DNA of 64,000 nucleotides from Opitutia bacterium (GTDB lineage Bacteria > Verrucomicrobiota > Verrucomicrobiia > Opitutales > T3Sed10-336). Made by a program: the position numbers and the translations under genes. The DNA lies in contig PWMU01000188.1 in NCBI GenBank assembly GCA_003558065.1, positions 14,936 to 78,935 on the forward strand, in the 5' to 3' direction. The notes beneath the pieces are model-generated. The model was not told the origin of the DNA and made no database searches. It worked only from the letters and a program-made list of their open reading frames with translations. Positions within the stretch are counted from its first letter, which is position 1. Each line of letters starts with the position of its first letter. This document shows, piece after piece, positions 46,696 to 55,092 of the stretch.

Positions 46696-48309
46696 ATGGC
46701 GTTCACGCAAGACATCTGCACTCACCTTCGCAGCGACATCAAAAGAATGTGCAGGACGCCTTCCCGGTCGCGATACTGGAACGGCCGTGAACTGGTCCGA
46801 TCGGTGCTCGAACGCAGCCGGGCCGAGACGGGGCTCGAAATCAGAGTGGTCCTGTATGATCCGCTGGCCGACAGCGGACTTTACCGTCGATGGGAAAATA
46901 ATCTCGGGGAAGGCGACCGGACCGGGGAAACCAATATGAATCCGGAGGCGGCCGCCGAAGGAATCCGTTGTGTGGTAAAGGTTGGCGACCACGAAATCGA
47001 GCATTGGAGGTTTCAATCAGACGAGTCCGATGACGAGACGGAGGAATACACGGTCGAACAGGGTGACCTGCTGGATCATATCGCCCGGGACGAGTTCAAC
47101 GGCGCGGATGTCAACGATCTGAAAATCTTCCGGAACGGCGACGACCGCACGGATGACGTGCTGGAGGATCCGCCGGTCAACCTTCACCCCGGCGATGTCG
47201 TGCGCCGGAACCTACCGGCGGGGGGACCGGTGCTCCGGTTAACCGGCGATATCTCAATAGGTGGTTTGTATACGGTCGAATTTCCCGGCCTCTCGACGAT
47301 GGGGCGGGACAAGGCGGATCTATCGATTGTTAATCATTCCCTGTACGATTCCGGCTCCGACTGGGACGATCCCAAACCGAGGGAGCGCATTCGGTTGCGC
47401 GCCCCGGGCTCCTACACCATCCGGGTCTGGCTTCGTCCGAACACGATCGTCTTCCATTGGCCGGTCGAAGAGTACCGACCCAACAGGGCGAAATACAGGT
47501 ATCATTTCCATGTCCAGGGGCCCGTCGACGGCGACGACGACAATATTTCATGGAAGGCCGGAGGGGAACATTCCGGAAAGCCGGCTTCCTGGCGCTTCTG
47601 GTGGCACAATTTGAGAATCAATGGAACCTCGGACCTGGAAAAGGAGCATCCCGGCCATGAAACGATCACGATCCCGATCGGCCGCGGGCTTGGAGCACGG
47701 GGTACCTATCATAATACGGCCTCGCACGGATATTGCGCACATGCGGCGGGCTTTAATACGAATTCGATTGGAATCGCCTTTTGCGGCATGGAAGGGGTTC
47801 CCGACAACGACATTGATTTTGAACCGGGCGATGAGCACGAGGATTGCTACTTGCTGACAAAAGAGCAGATGAAATGCGGGATACGTGAGATCGCGAGGCT
47901 GTGCCGGGCATGGCGGCTCGACCCGATGGATCCAAACCGCCTTTGCACGCATTATGAGGTCGACAGGATCCACAGGGGCGAAGGAAACAAATGGGATATC
48001 ACCTGGCTGCCCGGAGCGTTTCAGGAGGGGTACAGGGCGTTTCTGGCCGGGAATGAAGCCCATTTCGAAACCTGGACGAACTTTGACGCCGAGGATGCCG
48101 GATTATGCGAAGACGGTGACGGAAACTACCGGCGACGCGTGGACATACCCCTGAATGACTGGAAATCCGAACACAGGGGCGACGACTCGCCGGATCAAAC
48201 GGACCGAGTCAGCGATTACTTGCGTCGCCTGGTAAAAGGCGTCATGGATAATCCCGGCAGCACCGACCTGAACGAGAGCGCCTATTGGGACGATGTGGTT
48301 TACGATTGA
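46696..48309 (+). CDS. operon gene 12: amidase_2 domain protein with LysM-like insert
   Basis: Same landmarks as gene 11: IVFHWPVEE, YHFHV, HAAGFNTNSIGIAFCG and LCTHYEVDRIHRGEGNKWDI. A LysM-like YTVEQGDLLDHIARDEFNGADVNDLKIF...NLHPGDVV occupies the position of the coiled coil in gene 11. No signal peptide. Confidence 0.8.
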   Translation: MAFTQDICTHLRSDIKRMCRTPSRSRYWNGRELVRSVLERSRAETGLEIRVVLYDPLADSGLYRRWENNLGEGDRTGETNMNPEAAAEGIRCVVKVGDHEIEHWRFQSDESDDETEEYTVEQGDLLDHIARDEFNGADVNDLKIFRNGDDRTDDVLEDPPVNLHPGDVVRRNLPAGGPVLRLTGDISIGGLYTVEFPGLSTMGRDKADLSIVNHSLYDSGSDWDDPKPRERIRLRAPGSYTIRVWLRPNTIVFHWPVEEYRPNRAKYRYHFHVQGPVDGDDDNISWKAGGEHSGKPASWRFWWHNLRINGTSDLEKEHPGHETITIPIGRGLGARGTYHNTASHGYCAHAAGFNTNSIGIAFCGMEGVPDNDIDFEPGDEHEDCYLLTKEQMKCGIREIARLCRAWRLDPMDPNRLCTHYEVDRIHRGEGNKWDITWLPGAFQEGYRAFLAGNEAHFETWTNFDAEDAGLCEDGDGNYRRRVDIPLNDWKSEHRGDDSPDQTDRVSDYLRRLVKGVMDNPGSTDLNESAYWDDVVYD

Positions 48310-48422
48310 ATTTTAGTTTTTCTCAGCGACGCCGCTTTTTTCATTCGGCTTGCGGGAATCCCCGGGAAGGCGGACGTCCCGCCCGCCTAATCCCTCGGAC
48401 GAAACGCTCGCTCACCCACACC

Positions 48423-51299
48423 ATGAAAAACCCGAAATCATCGACAAAACAGAGGAAGCCCCCGGTGAATCCGGCCTTTCCGGATGAGCTTCGGACCCGG
48501 GAGGCGAGCCGCCTGCGTGACAGAAGGCGTGCCGCGGGCATCGGAGTCAATCGGCCCGGCGGCGGCACCCCGAAACCGGAGGTCGGCTTCGGCCTTTCCG
48601 GCGGCGGGATCCGCAGCGCGACGTTCGCCCTGGGCTTTTTCCAGGGACTCGGCCGCGCGAAACTGATCCGTCACATCGACTACCTCTCCACCGTTTCCGG
48701 CGGCGGATATTTCGGGTCCTTCCTCGGCCGGCTCTACACCCGGAATCAGGTTGAAAATGTCGACGATGTGGAGGGAATTGTCAGTGGCGAGATGCCGGCA
48801 AACACCTCCGCCCACGGCGAACGGGAAACGAAGACAGAAACGCGTTTGAACCCATCCGGAGTGCTCCGGTATCTCCGCGAGAACGGCCGCTACCTCTCGC
48901 CTAACGGCTCGGGCGATCTGCTCCTCGGCGGCGCGGTCCTTTTGCGAAACTGGTTCAGCGTACAGGTCGTGCTGGCCGCATTCGTTGTGTTGTTGTTCGT
49001 CCTGGCACAGATCCCTTATCGCGTCATCGAAGCGTCGCAGTGGCACGATAACGCAAAGCTGTCGCCCGCGCTGGATAACGGACTGATACTCAGCCCGTAC
49101 CTGGCCCTGGGCGCCGTCGTCCTGGTGCTGGGCGCCCTTCCGCTCGGTTGGGGGTATTGGCTTGTCGGACACAGGTTGCCATTGTCCTGGCGCGTTCCGC
49201 GCACCTTCATCCATGTCCTGCCGCCTTTGGTTCTGGTCGTTGCGGCTGTGACCGGAATGTTTCTGTCTCAATCTCCGCACCCCGTCCTCCCGGCCCTCGG
49301 ACTCGTCGGACTGTTGACAATTGTGTTCGCGTGCGTCTTCGATCGCCGGCTGCCGCAAAGCCTGACCGGGAAACCCGGGCCATCCGCGGGGCACGAGAAG
49401 GAGTCAGCCTCCTCCATCGCCCGCGCGCGCCACAGCATCTCGACGTGGCTGAAGCGGATCCTGCTCGTCGCAGCGGGAATTCTGGCGCTCGCGTTTTTTG
49501 ACGTGATCGGTGCAACCGCCCACCTGATGATGACCGAAGGCCGGCTCACGGCCTGGCTGGCCGGCGCGGCCGGCGCGATTCTCGGCATCGCCGCCCTCGC
49601 ACGGAAAATCGTCGCGTGGATCAGTCCGTCAGGCGACCGGCGGCCGGGCATGCCGGCCTCGTTGGCCGGAACCTTCATCGCGGGCGGTGTGCTGATCCTG
49701 TATCTCGGCATCATGGCCACCATCGCCCACGCGGCGTCGCATGGATATCCATCCGTGATGGCGGGCACCGGTTATCTCGCCCGGACGACGCCGGCCGGAC
49801 AGCTTTTTTCGATCGGAATCGCCGCCGTGATCCTGTCGATCTTCGTCATCCTCCTGGGCAATGCCACCGCGTTTCTTAACCGCTCTTCACATCACGCGCT
49901 CTACAACGCCCGGTTGACGCGCGCCTATCTCGGCGCGTCGAATCCGCGGCGCCAGGGCCGGAGCGAAAGTTCGGTGCTTAATGTGATCGAGGAGGACGAC
50001 GTGGACCTGGGCGTCTACCATGACGCCTCCCATCAAGAGAAGAAGGCCATGCCTCTCCACCTGGTAAACGTCACGGTAAACGAAACCATCGACGGCCGTT
50101 CGCAGGTGCAGCAACAGGACCGCAAGGGCATGAACTTGGCCCTCGGGCCGTGCGGCATGAGCGTTGGCGTGCGTCACCACGCCATCTTTGGAGGCTCAGG
50201 AAAAAACGCGCATCCGGAAACATCCCCGCGACCGTACGCCGCCGAATCGCCGCTGATCATCCGGCCGGAGGATCCCAACGGCTATCGCGTCTTTGAATTT
50301 CCCGGGGAGAGGGGCGGGGCCGCGTTCTGCGCCGAACCGTTCACTCTCGGCGGCATTGTCGCCATCTCGGGGGCCGCGTTCAGTACGGGCCTCGGTTCGC
50401 GGACCCATTTCGGCCTGAGCCTGCTCTGCGGCCTCGGCAACGTGCGTCTCGGGTACTGGTGGGACTCCGGTATCGATCCGGACAATCGCAAGGTCCCGTC
50501 TCCCGTATCTCAATGGCGGCGCAAACTGGCCGAATGGCTTCCCGTTTACAGTTTCCTATTCGGAGAGTTGCTCGCGCGTTTCCGTGGAACCGCCTGGCGG
50601 CATTGGTATCTCTCCGACGGCGGACACTTCGAAAATCTGGCCGGCTATGAACTTATCCGTCGCCGTGTGCCCATCATGGTCATCCTCGACGCCGAAGCCG
50701 ATCCGGACTACACTTACAACGGGCTGGCCGATCTCATCCGAAAGGCGAGAATCGATTTCGGCGCGAGCATAGAGTTTCTGAATGAAGACGAACTCGAGAA
50801 ATCCTCGCTGACCTCGGTGTTCGGTTCGCTGGAACAGCTCCGGCGAACCGACCGGGACGCCCGGACAGTCACCGCCCGCGGCGAGTCATCCGTCACGATG
50901 TATTCCGCACGGCATGCGGCCCTCGCCAGAATCACCTACGACGACGAGGCGAATGGGGAAAACGCGCCCGAGCGCTGGCTCGTCTACATCAAACCCACAC
51001 TCACCGGCGACGAGCCAGCGGACCTTATCGAATACCTGATGAAGCACCCCACGTATCCGAACGAGCCCACCAGCGACCAGTTCTTCGATGAAAATCAATG
51101 GGAAAGTTACCGCAAACTGGGGGAACACATCGCGGATCTGCTCTGCCCGGATGACGACGCGTTTTTTACCCGTTTCGTTCGCGGCTATCCAATAAAAACA
51201 GCCGGAAAACGAACCACCCGAAAACCGCGGGCAGCTTCAACATCAGGGAATCCGGCAGTCCGGCGCCCGTCTCCTCCCCGCCCCAACCAGGGATCGTGA
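48423..51299 (+). CDS. operon gene 13: patatin/cPLA2-like phospholipase with ~8 transmembrane helices inserted between the Ser- and Asp-bearing halves
   Basis: Oxyanion motif GLSGGGIRSA (~48591-48620). Nucleophile elbow YLSTVSGGGYF (~48681-48713). Catalytic-Asp motif YLSDGGHFENLAGYELIRRR (~50607-50666). Between them (~48910-49880) lie repeated 20-25-aa hydrophobic stretches, for example VLAAFVVLLFVLAQI, LALGAVVLVLGALPLGWGYWLV, LVLVVAAVTGMFL, LGLVGLLTIVFACVF, LLVAAGILALAFF, LAGAAGAILGIAALA, FIAGGVLILYLGIMATIA and IGIAAVILSIFVILLG. The start is taken at MKNPKSS (ATG 48423); ORF 48285 would overlap gene 12. Confidence 0.8.
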   Translation: MKNPKSSTKQRKPPVNPAFPDELRTREASRLRDRRRAAGIGVNRPGGGTPKPEVGFGLSGGGIRSATFALGFFQGLGRAKLIRHIDYLSTVSGGGYFGSFLGRLYTRNQVENVDDVEGIVSGEMPANTSAHGERETKTETRLNPSGVLRYLRENGRYLSPNGSGDLLLGGAVLLRNWFSVQVVLAAFVVLLFVLAQIPYRVIEASQWHDNAKLSPALDNGLILSPYLALGAVVLVLGALPLGWGYWLVGHRLPLSWRVPRTFIHVLPPLVLVVAAVTGMFLSQSPHPVLPALGLVGLLTIVFACVFDRRLPQSLTGKPGPSAGHEKESASSIARARHSISTWLKRILLVAAGILALAFFDVIGATAHLMMTEGRLTAWLAGAAGAILGIAALARKIVAWISPSGDRRPGMPASLAGTFIAGGVLILYLGIMATIAHAASHGYPSVMAGTGYLARTTPAGQLFSIGIAAVILSIFVILLGNATAFLNRSSHHALYNARLTRAYLGASNPRRQGRSESSVLNVIEEDDVDLGVYHDASHQEKKAMPLHLVNVTVNETIDGRSQVQQQDRKGMNLALGPCGMSVGVRHHAIFGGSGKNAHPETSPRPYAAESPLIIRPEDPNGYRVFEFPGERGGAAFCAEPFTLGGIVAISGAAFSTGLGSRTHFGLSLLCGLGNVRLGYWWDSGIDPDNRKVPSPVSQWRRKLAEWLPVYSFLFGELLARFRGTAWRHWYLSDGGHFENLAGYELIRRRVPIMVILDAEADPDYTYNGLADLIRKARIDFGASIEFLNEDELEKSSLTSVFGSLEQLRRTDRDARTVTARGESSVTMYSARHAALARITYDDEANGENAPERWLVYIKPTLTGDEPADLIEYLMKHPTYPNEPTSDQFFDENQWESYRKLGEHIADLLCPDDDAFFTRFVRGYPIKTAGKRTTRKPRAASTSGNPAVRRPSPPRPNQGS

Positions 51300-51608
51300 A
51301 AACGGGCAAAAACGCCCAGCGGTTGCGCGGGCCGCGTACCGATAAAAAGAAACGTTCACAAACCCGTGTGATCGCGTTTCACCGCCGGAACCCCGGCGAT
51401 ACCCGTGCCGCCTTTCCTCGAAGAAATTAATCGGATTGTTCGGACCGTACCCGTAAAGATCCGGCCCTTGAGGCAACAACTCGCCATAACCGTTCATCAC
51501 TCCATGAAACAGCGATGGTCCCGCCATCATGCCCGGCTGCATGGTCGCCAGCGGATCCCTGTTCAACCACCACGGAGCGCGAACTTTCATGGGAACAGGG
51601 CCAACGAC

Positions 51609-52361
51609 TCAGCCCCTTTTCCGCCTCGGGATTCGGCGCACCAAAAGCAACCCCGCAACCATTCCGCCCGCGAGGAGCCCGTAGGTCGACGGCTCCGGTA
51701 CCGCGATGAGCGAGACGTCGTCGACCATGAAATCGTCCAGCCGGCCGTACGCCCCTACCGTTCCCCCCGCAAGGGTGGAGAATGAAGCCGAACGCGTCCA
51801 CGTGTCCGCCCCGTCGGAAATCGCAAAGGAGTACTCACCGGGATCGGTCATTGCGACCATGACCTCGTAAAACTCGCCTGTCACGACGTCAAACGGCAGG
51901 TCCTCACTGAACACCGCTCCTTCCGAACCGTCGATAAAGCGGTAAAACTGCACGCGGTTGTTCGGTTCGCGAAAGCGGAGCGCGAGGAAATTGTTGTCGT
52001 CCCGGATATTGAAGGCAGGACCGGCAAATCCTGAATTCAGGTTGAACTGCGGTGAGAACAGGCCCTCGTAGGTGAACGGCTCGGTCAGGTCGTAGTTATC
52101 GGGCACGAATTCCACCAGGCCGACGTCGTTGGCCGGGTTGGGCTGCAGCGAGCCGCTGCCCGTTTCGCCGCCGAGAACGCCGTCGGTGATACGCCAGTTT
52201 CCATTCAGGGAGTTCCAGTCGGTTCCGAGTTCGGACCGGTCGAAATCGTCGGTCCAGGTTACGGTCTGCGCCAGAGACAGGAACGGCAGCAATAGCAGCC
52301 CTCCCAAAGCGGTGCCCGCGAGGCGAAAGGTTCGGAGAAACAGGGATGTTTTAGTTTTCAT
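51609..52361 (-). CDS. PEP-CTERM-anchored secreted protein with one LamG/jelly-roll-like domain
   Basis: Signal peptide MKTKTSLFLRTFRLAGTALGGLLLLPFLSLA. C-terminal sorting signal VPEPSTYGLLAGGMVAGLLLVRRIPRRKRG. Its domain is shared with the next gene (NNFLALRFREPNNRVQFYRF). Confidence 0.8.
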   Translation of the reverse strand: MKTKTSLFLRTFRLAGTALGGLLLLPFLSLAQTVTWTDDFDRSELGTDWNSLNGNWRITDGVLGGETGSGSLQPNPANDVGLVEFVPDNYDLTEPFTYEGLFSPQFNLNSGFAGPAFNIRDDNNFLALRFREPNNRVQFYRFIDGSEGAVFSEDLPFDVVTGEFYEVMVAMTDPGEYSFAISDGADTWTRSASFSTLAGGTVGAYGRLDDFMVDDVSLIAVPEPSTYGLLAGGMVAGLLLVRRIPRRKRG

Positions 52362-52439
52362 TTTGGCTGGGTTTTTCGGTTTTACAGGAGATTGGTACTT
52401 CGGGCTGAGATCGTGTTTATCGTAAGGCGCCGGCTCGGC

Positions 52440-54068
52440 TCATTCGGAGTGAAGGAGCAGACGGAAGAACAGGCGTCCCCGTTCAGCGACGGATTCGGAT
52501 GCCGCGACCCGGAGAAAGCCGCCCTCCTCCTCTTCGACTACGGGAGCAACACTCTCCCAATCCACCAGGTCCGGCGAACGCTGAACGATATAATCGACAT
52601 CCGAACGAATCGAGAAAGCGTACTCAAGCGTCCCGGCTTCCCCGTCGAAGCCCGCGCCCGGAAGCCGATCCAAATCCGCCGAAGGTACCGGCGCCATTCC
52701 GAGCGCGTAACGCACCAGGTTCGCGATGCCGTCACCGAAGGGCTCGTCTTCCGGCGCCCGCCGCCCTTCCGGAAGGTTGGCTTCCGCCCAGGCGGTGTAG
52801 CCGTCGACTGCAGCAGGATCGAGATCCAAAGAATAGAACAGCCCCATCGTGTTACCGCGGCGTCCCGAGTAAATCCCGGCGGTGCCGCCGCTGAAACGGT
52901 CCGAGGAACCGCTGCTCTCCCATACATTTTCTCCATCGGAAATGGAAAACGCGTACTCGCCCGGCGCGGTCATTTCGACGGCAACGTCCACGAACTGGCC
53001 CGCTGTGATATCGAAGGGCAGCGCATCGGTGAACTCCGCCCCTTCCTCGCCGTCCACCTGGTAGTAAAACTGCACCCGCATATCGGGAGCCGCTCGGAAA
53101 CGCAGGGCAAAAAAGTTGTCCACGTCCTGGATGTTAAAGGCCGGACCGATGAATCCTGAACTGACGTTCTTCGGGACCGCCAGGCGCGCCTCGATCCGGA
53201 ACGGTTCATCGAGCGAGTAGCCCTCCGGCTGATACTCGAGCATGGCCTTGCCCGGACCTCCCAGGGGTTCTCCGCCCAGCACATATCCCCGGAGCCGCCA
53301 CTGGGGCGTCATCAGGTTCCAGTCCGGACCGAGCTCCTCCCGGACGAAATGATCCGCCAGAACCCCGGACGGCGCCTGGGGAAACCCTGCCGCCTCGACC
53401 GAAAACGAATCCGCCAGCGTGTCGCCGAGGTACCCGTACAACCCCGCGTTCCCTCGTGTAAACCGCGTGGACGAGGCTTCACGGACCCAATCAGTTTCGC
53501 CATCGGAAATGGTGAACCGGTACTCGCCCATCGAAAGCATCTCAACGGTCACGTCGTAGTGTTCCCCGGCCTCGACTTCGAAAGGCAGATCCTCATTGAT
53601 GCCATCCTCGACCCCCTCACTGCCCGCCTGGAGGCGATAGAACTGCACCCGGTTCTCGGCCGCACGGAAACGAAGCGCAAGGAAGTTCTGCACGTCGAGG
53701 ACGTGAAACGCGATACCGGCAAACCCCGAATTTCCCGGGTCCTGCGGCGAGAGACGGGCTTCGAGCTTGAAGGGTTCGCTGAAGTCAAACTCCCCCGGGC
53801 GAGCCTCGATCACCCCTACTTGCTCCAGAGCCGCGTCGCCGCCAAGAAACCCGGGGCTCCGGATCTCCCAGTCGCCCCAGACGGGGGTCCAATCCTCCCC
53901 GAGCTCCTCCCTTTCGAACTCGTCACTGAAACCGAGAGTCTCGGCGTGCAAAGCTCCTCCCGCGCAAACGAAAGCCATCAACGCGCCCGGCAGGCCGAGC
54001 CTGCGCAGCGTTCTCACCGGACGGCCGGTATCGCGGGGTGTCTTTTTCATGCTTGTGCTCATGCTCAT
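52440..54068 (-). CDS. secreted protein with two LamG/jelly-roll-like domains and a C-terminal GDGxxNLxRYA module
   Basis: It has two copies of the FLALRFRAA..RVQFY domain, then FGDGIANLVRYALGMAP...RLFFRLLL at the C-terminus. The N-terminus is signal-like: LGLPGALMAFVCAGGALHA. Confidence 0.75.
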   Translation of the reverse strand: MSMSTSMKKTPRDTGRPVRTLRRLGLPGALMAFVCAGGALHAETLGFSDEFEREELGEDWTPVWGDWEIRSPGFLGGDAALEQVGVIEARPGEFDFSEPFKLEARLSPQDPGNSGFAGIAFHVLDVQNFLALRFRAAENRVQFYRLQAGSEGVEDGINEDLPFEVEAGEHYDVTVEMLSMGEYRFTISDGETDWVREASSTRFTRGNAGLYGYLGDTLADSFSVEAAGFPQAPSGVLADHFVREELGPDWNLMTPQWRLRGYVLGGEPLGGPGKAMLEYQPEGYSLDEPFRIEARLAVPKNVSSGFIGPAFNIQDVDNFFALRFRAAPDMRVQFYYQVDGEEGAEFTDALPFDITAGQFVDVAVEMTAPGEYAFSISDGENVWESSGSSDRFSGGTAGIYSGRRGNTMGLFYSLDLDPAAVDGYTAWAEANLPEGRRAPEDEPFGDGIANLVRYALGMAPVPSADLDRLPGAGFDGEAGTLEYAFSIRSDVDYIVQRSPDLVDWESVAPVVEEEEGGFLRVAASESVAERGRLFFRLLLHSE

Positions 54069-54261
54069 GCTCCGTGGAAAGTTTGCTAATTATCCTCCCC
54101 CTCGCCAAGTTTTCGGAAAACTAAACGGGGCCCGCGATTCGTAGCATCGGCGCTTCGCCGATGACAGGCCGCGGCGATGGTGATTGAAGAAATCTGAATA
54201 CTTGATGACGCACGGTATATTTCGCGTAAGTTCTCCATAATCGAGGTCACAACGTCCGTCA

Positions 54262-54951
54262 TTATTGGCGGAGGTACCTGGCCCAGAACGGCTCCTCGTA
54301 AGGTTGCTCCAGCGTTCCCCGGTCCGCGTGCGCGACATGTCCGTCGACAAACAGCACGTTGGCGCCGTCGTTGTGGATCAATTCAGGGAAGTAGCTGCCG
54401 CCGTTGGCGACATCGTTGGCCCAGTGTCCGGCGCCCGGAAAATACGCCCCGTCCATGAAGATCGCCGTTTGCGAGGGCGTGGTGACCTCGGTGATCCGCA
54501 TCACCCCGTACCCCATCGGATCGGCGCCGCCGTTGACAATACGGCTCATCCCGTAACTGGATACCCGGTTGGCGGTGATGGGCCGGGGACGGGGCTCGTT
54601 GATCGCGCTCGGACAAAAGAAAACCGTGTTCCCCTGGGTTCGCTCGTAAATAATCTCCGGATGCCGCTGGTCCATCACGTATTCCGGCAGATGAATCCAC
54701 CACCTTTCGTAGATCCCCTCCAGTGTCGAGGTCAGCGACAAAGGAGGCAGCCGCTCGTCATTGTCCTGGACGTACAAGTGAAGGCCCGTGCCGATCTGAC
54801 GGAGGTTCGAGACGCACTGCGAGGCACGCGCGCTGTCCCGGACCGTCTGGACGACCGGAATCAGAATGGCCGCCAGAATCCCGATGATCGCAATCACCGT
54901 CAGGAGTTCAATGAGTGTGAAGCCTTTCCGTAATCCGTCCGGGTAAAACAT
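54262..54951 (-). CDS. prepilin-type N-terminal cleavage/methylation domain protein, H-X9-DG family
   Basis: [25 protein letters not shown], and an exact H-X9-DG ([12 protein letters not shown]). The start is taken at MFYPDG (ATG ending 54951). Confidence 0.85.
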   Translation of the reverse strand: MFYPDGLRKGFTLIELLTVIAIIGILAAILIPVVQTVRDSARASQCVSNLRQIGTGLHLYVQDNDERLPPLSLTSTLEGIYERWWIHLPEYVMDQRHPEIIYERTQGNTVFFCPSAINEPRPRPITANRVSSYGMSRIVNGGADPMGYGVMRITEVTTPSQTAIFMDGAYFPGAGHWANDVANGGSYFPELIHNDGANVLFVDGHVAHADRGTLEQPYEEPFWARYLRQ

Positions 54952-55092
54952 CGTTTGTGCCTGCCGCCGCTTCAGGGTTTTGAATGGGTGGTTACGGCAC
55001 ACTGTACACTCGCCCTGCCCCGCCGAGCGACCTCTTTGTGTTTTTACCCGTAAAATTTTCGCCTTGCCCTCCCGTGCCGGCCTGCGATCTTC

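Noticed and set aside
48285-48422. Upstream start for the patatin gene
   Set aside because: It would overlap the end of gene 12, and the added peptide (MGRCGLRLNFSFSQRRRFF...) is implausible. ATG 48423 is preferred, although the true start is not proven.
37661-51299. Interpreting the operon as a prophage, tailocin, T6SS or contractile-injection locus
   Set aside because: I could not recognise a terminase, portal, capsid, tube, sheath, baseplate, Hcp/VgrG, ATPase or integrase in any frame. Lytic enzymes alone do not make a prophage. A profile search is still needed to exclude very remote homology.
51243-51590. 115-aa minus ORF downstream of the PEP-CTERM gene
   Set aside because: It overlaps the 3' end of the patatin gene by 57 nt and has a G/P/R-rich tail with no motif. 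Coding status is undecidable from sequence alone.
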